Position numbers and translations under genes: made by a program
Part shown: piece by piece, positions 52,930 through 64,000 of the stretch
Numbering within the stretch: the stretch's first letter is position 1
Layout of the letters: every line of letters begins with the position of its first letter
Assembly: GCA_016748015.1 (NCBI GenBank)
Contig: JAAOMT010000134.1
Span: 1,729,057-1,793,056, forward strand
Length of the DNA: 64,000 nucleotides
From: Geosiphon pyriformis uo1
Lineage: Eukaryota > Fungi > Glomeromycota
Reading direction: 5' to 3'
The notes under the pieces: model-generated
What the model saw: the letters and a program-made list of their open reading frames with translations, nothing else
The model's database searches: none
What the model was told of the DNA's origin: nothing

Positions 52930-54660
52930 TTATAAAATAAAACAATAAATTATTTTAATACTTAAAAACTACCTAATTTATTAAAAATAAATAAATAAAA
53001 ATATTTAAGTTAATTATAATTTTTACAAAATAAGTTAAAAATTAGAAAAACATAGTATTTTTAATAAATTTGGTTAAAATAATATAAAATTTATATTAAT
53101 AATATTATAAATAAAAACTTAATATTATTTAATAAATAATATATTGTAATTTTAAAAAAATTAAATTTAAAACTTATATTTTTTATATAAATTTGTAATA
53201 ACTAAAAAAATCAACTAAATTTTAAATAAATTAAATATTAAAAAATAAAAATATATTTTCAATAAATAAATAAAAGTTAAATATTATTAAATAAGTTATA
53301 AATATATAAAAAATATATTATATATTTTAATTAATTAATTCTTTAAACAAAAAAAAATTTTATATTTTAAGTAGTATTTACATCATAATTCTAGTAAGTT
53401 TACATAAACAAACAAAAAATAAATAAAAAACTTCAAAAAATTTTCAATAAAAAATAAGTATTTATTAAACAAATAATATTAAATATTTATATATTTAGAC
53501 AGATTATAAATACTAACTTAGTTTAAATTATTTATTGTAAATTTTATATTATATTATATTTTTTTCTTAATTTCTGTAATATTTGTTTGATTAATTTTAG
53601 CAAATAAAATTAATATCTTGTATTATAAAACTTTTTAAGAAAAAAAATAATTATTTAAAATAATTTTATATTATTATGTTTAATCATATTTTTTTTTCTT
53701 TAAGTAATTTAAATTAAAAAGATATAATTTTTTTGTTTAACAATAAATTACATTTTTTTCATAATTTATAAACAAATTTTTTTTTAAAAATAAAAAAAAA
53801 GATTTAAAATAAATTATATAATTATAATAGGCTTTTAATTTTTTAAACTTTTATATTTAATAAAATATAATTTAAACTTAATAAATATTATTTTGTTTAA
53901 TTATGTTTATTTTTTGTGTAATTAAAAATTTTTAAAGCTTTTTTGTAAATAAAAACTGATTATTTAATATTTGTAAACTGTAAATAAAGATCAATTATTA
54001 AATATTAAATTTATATTTATAAATTAATAAACATTAGTAATTTATTATTAGTAATTTAGTGTTAAATAATTTAAAAATTATATAAAAAATAAAATTTTTC
54101 AAAAGACAAAAAATACTTTTTTATATATTAAATTGTAATTGTTTTTTAGCTAATTAATTTAGCAATAATATTATAATTTTTTAATATTTACTTATAAAAC
54201 TCTATAATAAATTAATAATAAAAATAGAATATTATGTCAATTTTTATTGTTTATTTTTTAACTTGTCATATTTTATAAATAATTAAAAATTTATATTGGT
54301 TTTATTATTATTATTATTATTTTGAGATTAAAAATCATATATTATTAAATATTATAAGATTAAAAAAGAGCTATAATTAATAAAATTTGGATTATATAAA
54401 AAATTACAATAACAAACAAATGTTTTATTAAATTTTTTTAATTTTTTAAAATATTTTACTTTTTATTAATAATAAATTTTCATCATAAATTATTTTTTAA
54501 TGCTAATAATTTAATATAAATAATAAATTTTTGATTTTTACAATAGTTGTATTTTTTTTTAGTATTTTAATATTATAATATTTATTTTTATTAATATTTA
54601 AAGTTACTTTTTAATTAAATAATAAATAAAAAACAAATATTTTATTATTATAAATAAATA
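52930..54660. other. Extremely AT-rich block
   Basis: Nearly pure A/T, no ORFs, lies between the LINE tail and the Gypsy B LTR. Confidence 0.55.
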
Positions 54661-54666
54661 TTTTGT

Positions 54667-57600
54667 TATTATTTATAGAAATTTAGGAATTTTTAATAAA
54701 GATATAAAGTAGTTAATTAAAAATAGGTGCAATAAAAAAAAATTTCAGAATTCTTAAGAAATCACAGGATTTCAGGAATTTTAGATTTTAAAAATTCCAA
54801 AATTCTTGGTTAAAAGAATTAAAAAAATCCAAGAAATCTCATATAATCTTAAATATATATATATAATAAAAGTATTAAAAACAGAAAAAGAGAGTTTAGA
54901 ATTAATATCAACAATTAATTAATTATCTAATATATTTTCTTTTAAAAAGTAGTTTTCTACAACTTAAAGTAAAATCAAATTACATATTAATAAAATATTA
55001 ATTATCTTCTGAATCTATGTTATTATCACTTAATTAAAAAATATTAATCATTTTTATTCTATCAACATAAAATATTAATAGAACTTAACATTTAACTATA
55101 CTAAACCAATAACTCTTGATTATGACTATTAATAGAATACTAATTTCTTATTTTTTTTCTTATTTTCTTTTATTTTCTTTATTTTTTTTGTTTTATTTTT
55201 TGTTATTTACTAATTGATTAAAAAAATTAAATGCTGACTATTTAATATCAAAAATAGCTTGATAAAAAACTTAGAAATAAGAGTAGAAATTTAAGAATAG
55301 CTTATTAGAAGAACATGACTGTTAGAATAAACCAGCTACTACACTAAAAAAAAATTCATAAAATAAGCTTCTGGAAGAGTATTGAAATAATCATTGAATC
55401 TTTGTTTATTATATAAAAGACTTAATCAAAACCTTCAAATTACAAAAACCTTCAGATTTACTAACATTACCAAGCTATTGAGCATTAAGTTATGAGTTTG
55501 TTATTTGTATTAATATTCCAAATAATCACTTGTAATATTTAGTACTCCCTATAAAGTATAATCTAACAAAAAACTAGCATCAATATTAATTATCTGGAAA
55601 AGTGACAAACCAAAAAATTATAAGAGAAAACCACTTAAAATTTACAAAATTCTTATTTTAATATTATCAAAGTTACTTGAAATTAACAAGTAACAATTGG
55701 TTAGCAAAATCAGTTTTCAATTATTATATTAACAAAAAAATTAAATTCTATTTGGAAGACCAAAGAAATTTAGAAACTGCTCTTAACAATTTCTACAGTA
55801 AATTATTTTAAAGCACTACATTTTTACTAAACCATTTATTTACACCAATAATCACAAAAATAAAAAGAAAAATTAGAAATTACATCTAAAAAAAATTTTC
55901 TATTATCTTTGCAAACAAAAAAAAATTACAAACACTAGCAAAAATTCTAAAAAAATACAACTGCTTAATTGAAAGAAACCAAAAGTTATTTTATCTATTC
56001 ACTTATTATACTATTATATACTAAGAAATATTATTCACATATTATTAAAATTTGCATTACTATTAACCACAAAAACACTATTATCCAGAATACCATTCTA
56101 AAATAATCAGAAGAAAGCCAAATTATTATGAACTTATAGTAAATACTATAAAGAATTTAGATCATGATCAACAATTTTATTAGAACTTTAATTACTACTA
56201 TCACAACCAAATTTCAGATCTATCAGTTATTGGAAAGTTACCAATTCAAAAGAAAAAATAAACAGTAATTAGTAAAACAATAATCAAAACCCAATCCCAA
56301 ATAATCCAAAAATACAAATTCCAATTGTTTCAACTCAGTAAAACTTGAACAATCCAAATTTTACTTCTATTATTTAGTAAGACTTACTTTTAGTTATCAT
56401 GATCAATTCACCAGTTGCATTAATTATATCATCACAACAATAGTCTCTACAACCACCATCACAATAATAACAATTAGCACCAATAACATATACATCTATT
56501 GACAAACTGAAAAAATTTACTAGTAAAGAAAACAATATCTAAACATGTTTAAACAATATCACTAAGGCAGTTACAACCAATAATTAAGACAATGTCAGAG
56601 CCTTTTAAGCCATTTTTTACTTTTTGTAAAATACTGTCAACTCATAATATTAGAATATTGTCAACAAACCACAAACCTTTGATGTATTTAAAACCACATT
56701 TCTATAATATTTTAGCAATTACAACAGCATTAATAGATTATTAACTAGTTTTACTATACTTAAACAAAATAAAATTAAAGCAGTTACTACTTATTTAGAA
56801 TACTTCTACAGAAATCTGTACCAAATACAGGCAATACAAGCTGATTACTTTATTAAGACACAAATCTTAAGCCAGTTTATTAGTAGACTATATAGTAGCT
56901 TGTTATAACAAGTATATCTAGTACATCCAAATATGTTCCAAAATACAGTCATATATGCAAAAGATTTTAAATCAGCCAAATTTAAAGCTAATCATACTTA
57001 AGCCATTAATCTAGTGATAAATAGATCATCTAAATTGGATATCAATTTGGCAAAGTTATTAATCAGAAAATTGAAAGATACTTAGCTAACAATCAGACAA
57101 TTTATTAATTTTCACAACACTGCAACAATACAAAAAACTTCAATTATTTTTAAAATTAATTGCATCTATTATTCTCATCAACCAACCAATCATAGCAGCA
57201 AGAAATGTGTATCTGTCATTATTGTGATAAACAAAAACACCTAAAATTGGACTACCATATAATATTAAATAACTAATAATTGTGAAATTAATATTAAAAC
57301 TTTAATTACCAGTTTTAAATTCCAAATTACATTCAAAATTAGAAACTATATCAATCTTATTACATCTTAATAATGCAACAACTAATATACTTACCTCCAG
57401 TATATCAAACTCCAGTACTAGTCATCTATTAATTACAGCCACAAATTATCTATTAACTTCAACTAATTTAAACACCACTTTAAAATCTAGTTCAAATATT
57501 ATCTGATAGCTAAAAACCAAAGATTATACACACATCACAGAATTGGAAATCAGTAATAGTAATACACCAACCAATTCTCAATTTACCAAATCAGCCATTA

Positions 57601-60600
57601 GAATTATGCCAGCAAAGTTTGGAAAATAGATAGACCCAAAACCTGAATTCCTAAAACTATTTAAGTTTTCTGGTTACTCCAGAAGACAATACATCCAACA
57701 ATTTGAAAACCAACCAATAAACACTTATCAACAACATTCCATCAACAACTATTACAGAAAACAAATTATTTGTAACCATATTTTTTTTCAAATTAAAAAC
57801 CCAATCAGAAACATTATTATTCAATAGAGCTGTTCTTAACACCAAACCAATTATTATCATATATACTGACACTAAAATTAATAGCCACTCTATCAAGCTA
57901 ATTCTTAATAATGATTTAATAAACAGCATTATCACATGACAATTCATAAACCAATTAGATTGCCAAGTTGATTGTACTGTTAATGCCAGAATAATTATAG
58001 TAATAGAATAACAAAAACTTCTATTGACAAAATTAACTTTTTATTTGAAGTTAATAGTATTATGACATTCATCAAGGTTTTTATGATAGAAGTTACACAG
58101 TACCAAGCACTAGTTGGTAATGACTGGCTATTTAAAACCAATATCATACTTAACTAGAACACCTAAAAGTTGCAGCTTAGTTAAAATGGTTTACAAACTT
58201 GAGTATTTGCTACTTGTGGCTATTTTAAACCAACTATTATGTATTTACTAATAGAATTTAAGAAAGAAAAAAAAACCTATCTGAAAAGCTTATCAAGTTT
58301 TATGGGCCAATAAAAATCACAATAAATTACCACTAATCTTAATCTGGAAAGAAAAGAGAAAAAAAAAGGAAAGAAAAAAAGAACAACTTCAAGTTACTAT
58401 CTTAATATATACTCTTTATAACACTACACAACTAAGACAACCAAATTATTGTCAACCCAAACTAATATGTGTTAATTATGATAAAAAATTGTTAACAATA
58501 GGTACATGTTGTGGTAACAATAAGGAATAACCAATAACAATCAAGTATTATTGCTGTTCATGCATCTTTAAATGCTTTAAACAATCCAAATAACAAGAAA
58601 AATAGGACAATGAGTCTTGTCTTACATGTAGAACAATTTTTCTTAACAAAAGAATATGAAACAACATTCCTGAACAAAAAAAAACTTGTGATAAATTGTG
58701 TTAATATACAATTCTAATCAATAATTAGATACAAAGAGAGATTTTGATTAATGAAACTTAAAAATAAGTGCTAAAATAATTGGAAGTTTATTTATATAAT
58801 AACAAAATCTGGAGAATAGTAAATACTAAAGCTAAAAGCACTTTATTCAATAAAATACTGGAAATTAAAAATAATTCACTAATGCTTCCTAAACCCAAAT
58901 TTGTTTTAACTTTCGACTTTATTAACAACATTATAGACAATACTAAACAATTTTATAAGCACTAACAAGACCTAATACCAACTTATAAAGAGCAAAAGTA
59001 AAGACTAGAACAATTAAACATAAGACTATACAAACATTGTCTAATTTTCAGTGACTTCAAATATTGTGATAATTGTGACTTTATTTACAATTTATTATTA
59101 TACATAATCTATTTAATCTTTAAAAAAAAAAAACCAATCAGCGAATGTGCATTAAAATTGAAATCAAAAATCAAGTACAATTCAGACTCCTACAATAATG
59201 GCAACAATAATTCTAACTCCATTCACTATGGCAATAATAATGATGATTTAAATTTTGACTACAATTTTGAACAATATATCACACTTTCAGATCTGTTAAT
59301 AGAGCAGAAACTAAAATAATTTAGTAATAATGATGAAAGTATTATGTTAGAATATATATATAATATTAATACAAAATTTAATTTTAAATATTCAAAAAAA
59401 CTGCTTTTAGATTAAAATCTTATTTATGCACTAGTATAAATCTGAAAATAATACTGAAAATTCTAGCAACAATAATAATCCAACTAGTTTTTAGATCTAG
59501 TTTAGTGAAAAAAAAGGATTAACATCAGAGAAAAATAATTAATACAGAATATATAGAAAATATTATTACAATGCTACAAAACAACTCAGAAAAGAGATAT
59601 ACTATAGAATTAAATAAAAAAATAGCACAGGCAATATTTCTGTTTTTGGTTAAAATAGTTTAGTTAGTTTTAGTGAGAACAAAAAAAAAATTAAGGATTA
59701 CAGCAAAAAAAATTAAGAAATTCGGATCAACAAATAGAATAAATATATCAGTTAATATGATAGAAAAAAAACAGTTTATAAAGAAAAAATTATCTCCATT
59801 CATTAATTAATTTCTATTTTATTATATGACCAGTATATAATAATTATAAAAAGAAAAAAAAGACCAATTCCAAATTTTTGAAGTAAAAACAAATATTTGT
59901 AAATCAGAAAAGATTGCCATTACCAATTTCTATATACCTGCTAAAAACAACAAACACATCAAGATTCTAATATACAATTTAATTAGAAACCTAATTAAAA
60001 TATTAAGTGAAATTATCATTGAATACTTAAGTACTGAAGTTGAGAATTAAGCACTTACTACTATTTCAAACTTTTTACAGCTTTGTAGATATGTAGACAT
60101 TACATTACAACAATTTATAAACAAGAAGACTGTTATTTGTTATAATCAGAACAGTTAAAGCAAATAAACTTGGAAAACTTAAACTCATATTAATATATGT
60201 AACTCAAAATGCTACTCAACAATTTTATTAACATCTTTGTGAATAAAAATAAATTTGGCAGAACTAATATTATTCAATATTAGATCAAAACTAAAAATGT
60301 TATGCCAATTAAACAACAAGTATACTGAGTACTATTAACTAGTTATAAAATTATCTGACAAAAAATTAACAGAATGTTAAACAATAAGTTAATTCAACTA
60401 TCAATAAGTTCATGGTTATTACCAGTAATATTAGTTCAGAAAAAAAATGCAAAAATCCACTTTTATATTGATTATAGAAAATTTAACAGTATTACTTGTG
60501 GAGATAGTTATTTAATTCCACAGATCCAAGAACTATTTAATGCTTTTGGAGAAAAGAAATGGTTTTTAATACTAGACTTAAATAGTAGTTACTAACAAGT

Positions 60601-63448
60601 AGTCATGAAATCAGCTAACAAAAAAAAGACTGCATTTATAACCAAAAAAAAAAACTTTGAATTTAATGTTATATTATTCAACTTAACCAATACTTCAGCC
60701 ATTTTTCAACAACTTATAGAAATTGTCTATACTAGATTACTATAAAAATCAATAGTAGTGTATTTAAATAACACTAATGTGTTTTTAAAAACATTTAACA
60801 ACCATTTTTACCATTTTTAACAAGTGTTTAAAAGACTAAAAAGAGCTAAATTAAAGTTGAATACAACTAAATGCTTTTTTGGAAAAACAAAACTCAAGTT
60901 TTTGGAACATATTGTAAGCAAAAACGGCATAAAAACAGATCCAAACAAGATTAAAATAGTCAAAAACTTTTTAGTACCAACAAATTTTACAAAATTAAGA
61001 GCATTCTTGGAATTTGCTAAATACTATTATCACTTTATTCAAAACTTCTCCAAACTAGCTCAACTACTCTACCAGTTCCAAGCAAAAAATGTCAAATATA
61101 AATAAATGGAAAACCAACAAAAAGCTTATTTAAGCACCAGTACTAATCTATCCAAATTACAGCAAGCCATTTATTATTATCATGAATATATCAAGTCAAG
61201 CATTAAAAGTTGTATTGTTTTAAAAAAGATTAAATTGTTGAGAATATCCAGTAGTATATGTCAACAAAAGTTTAAGTTTAGCTAAAAAGAACTATAGAAC
61301 TTCAGCATTAGAACATTTGGCTATTTATTAGACTGTTATTAAATAGAAAAAATATTTAAGTCAAAAGTTTGATGTATATACTAATCACAAAGAATTAATA
61401 TCAATCCAAAAGTAAAAATTTAGAAACAATTATTATGTAAGATGAAAAATAGATCTATTACTATTTAATTATACAGTACATTATAAAAAAATAAAACAAA
61501 ACAAAAATGCTAACAATTTGTCACAAATAAAACAAATCTAAAAAAACATTTCAATCCAAAAATATAACAAAAAATAAATCCACAAAAATATTAACAATTT
61601 CAATATTATATTAATATTCAACAGTTTGAAAAGAAATTATCTCAAAAAAAACAAAATAACATAAAACAACAAGCAAAATATTTTATCACTTACCAAAATA
61701 GATTATATCAGAAAACAGAAAATACTCAGATTAGCTATTTAGAGTAATTACAGAACCAGAAAAAGAAACAATATTATTCAATATATATTTAAATCTAATA
61801 ACAAGACACTTTTATAAAAAAGCAATCATATATAGAACCAGAAAAAAATATTATTGGCCATCTATATATTCAGATATTATTTAATATGTTTAAAATTGCA
61901 ATGTTTATCAGAAAAGAGGAAGAATAAAACTCAATAAACTGTTAAAATCAATTAAAATAGAACAATTATTTGATTAAATTGGAATTGACTTGATTAGATC
62001 ATTAATAATAATTAACAAAGATAATAAATATATAGTAATAGTCATAGACTATCTCACAAAATAGCCAGAAGCAAAAACAATTCAAAGAGCAGATGCAAAT
62101 TAGTAGCTGAATTTGTTTATTAAAATTTGATATGTCAAAATGGATATCTAAAAAAATTATTATCAGATTAAAGAATTCACTTTGTGAACAGAATATTAAC
62201 AGAACTAAGTCAAAAATTTAGAATTAAGAAACTATTATTATTATCATATTATTTACAAATAAATGACTTAGTTAAAAGATTCAACAGAATATTGTATAAA
62301 ACAATAGCCAAGATCAGCCAAAAAAACCAGGACAAATAAAATTTGTTTATATTATTAGTATTATTTGCTTATCAAACAATAAAGTAAGATACCATATAAG
62401 CAACACTATTTGAACTTGTTTATAGTAAAATCACAATATTACTAATTAAGATAAATATTAATATATATCTAATAAAACTAATAATAGAAGTCAATTTACA
62501 AAAAAAATTGCTAAGAAAAACATATAACTTAATAAAAACATTAGAAAACAAAAAAATAACACAATAACTGATTACTAAATAAACCAGTTAAATTCAAGAT
62601 TGAAAACAAAGTACTTTTATATTATACTAAAGCAGAAAAACAATAAAATAGAAAATTTAACTTCAAATAAAATAAACTATTTTACATTGAAGAAATTCTA
62701 GGAAATAGAGCTTATAAATTAAGATAAAACAACAAAATTTTAATTAAAACAACACATAAAAATTGACTAAAATCATATTATAATATAATATTATCATTTA
62801 TCAGTAATATTCTACTATTGAGAATACAACAAATACTAATTCAACCAGATAAGATTCTATAAGATTTAAAATCAATTATAATTATTAACATAAACACATC
62901 AAATTGAGATAACAGAAAAATATATAAAAAACCAACACATATAACAAAAGCAAACAGAAAAATATATAAAAAACTAACACATATAACAAAAACAAACAGA
63001 AAAATAAAAATTATTGACAACATTTACTTACTTACACAACAACTGTTTCAACTAATTCAATATTAACAACTAAACATAGAAATTACAATCAATCAACAAA
63101 CTATTCAGTACAAAAACAGAAAAAAAAAGCCAAAACACCAATATAAAAGACCCAAAAAATTGAAAAACATAATAGATAATATATTAGCAAAAGTAAGATT
63201 ATTAGTAGAAACACCAAAGATATTAACACCATATAAAGAATTAATAAAAAAAAACTGAAAATGATAAACACAACAATTTTCAAGAAACTTTTACTATTAC
63301 CACTTAGGACAAAATCTCAATATTCAGAACTTGTATATTAACAACACAAAATAATTATTTGATATAACAATATTGTATTAATTCAAATAATTTGTAGAAA
63401 AAAACAACTTATTTACACAGATACAAACTATATACTAGTTATAAACAG
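54667..63448 (+). mobile_element. Ty3/Gypsy copy B with dUTPase; 5' LTR 54667-55537, no 3' LTR
   Basis: Colinear with copy A through gag, PR (~57890), the Cys-rich region, dUTPase, RT (60374-61105), RNase H and integrase. LTR termini eroded to TATTA...TAATA. Runs directly into the terminal array. Confidence 0.92.
62911..63005 (+). repeat. 42-bp tandem duplication in the post-integrase region of Gypsy B
   Basis: AACAGAAAAATATATAAAAAAC(C/T)AACACATATAACAAAA(G/A)CA twice plus a partial third unit. Confidence 0.8.
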
Positions 63449-64000
63449 TTAGAGATATTTATAGGGATATTTATAGGGATAAGGATATTTATAGGGATAT
63501 TTATAGGGATAGGGATATTTATAGGGATATTTATAGGGATATTTATAGGGATATTTATAGGGATAGGGATATTTATAGGGATATTTATAGGGATATTTAT
63601 AGGGATATTTATAGGGATATTTATAGGGATATTTATAGGGATAGGGATAGGGATAGGGATATTTATAGGGATAGGGATAGGGATAGGGTTAGGGATAGGG
63701 ATAGGGATAGGGATAGGGATAGGGATAGGGTTAGGGATAGGGATAGGGATAGGGTTAGGGATAGGGTTAGGGTTAGGGTTAGGGATAGGGATAGGGATAG
63801 GGATAGGGATAGGGATAGGGATAGGGATAGGGATAGGGATAGGGATATTTATAGGGTTAGGGATAGGGATAGGGATATTTATAGGGATATTTATAGGGAT
63901 AGGGATAGGGATAGGGATAGGGATAGGGATAGGGATAGGGATAGGGATAGGGATAGGGATAGGGATAGGGATAGGGATAGGGATAGGGATAGGGATAGGG
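63449..64000 (+). repeat. Telomeric array of non-canonical hexamers (ATAGGG dominant, ATATTT and TTAGGG variants)
   Basis: 552 nt = 92 hexamers in unbroken phase. The G-rich strand runs 5'->3' towards the window end, as expected at a right chromosome end. Confidence 0.85.

Overview
Eukaryotic, very AT-rich chromosome end. The gene families (REase/kinase and F-box types) and repeat style suggest an arbuscular-mycorrhizal (Glomeromycotina) fungus and recall Geosiphon pyriformis; this is inference, not checked. Most of the window is dead retroelement. There are three APE-RT-RNaseH LINEs (4284-11170 +, 26884-36980 -, 46202-52929 +). Two copies of a 2.3-kb ORF1-only element share the LINE 3' tail. 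Two dUTPase-carrying Ty3/Gypsy copies and a solo LTR are present, and a hAT transposon is nested in a LINE. All are eroded by C>T/G>A transitions in essentially every context. Two CpG-retaining host islands remain. The first holds a divergent SPP1-like/HNH gene pair (12.9-17.2 kb). The second holds a divergent pair of a coiled-coil/nuclease/kinase pseudogene and an apparently intact 9-exon PD-(D/E)XK nuclease-like gene (39.2-44.0 kb), followed by an F-box relic. The window ends in 552 nt of telomere-like DNA in perfect 6-nt phase, made of ATAGGG, ATATTT and rare TTAGGG units and joined directly to a Gypsy copy that lacks its 3' LTR. All alignments, counts and gene models were done by eye.
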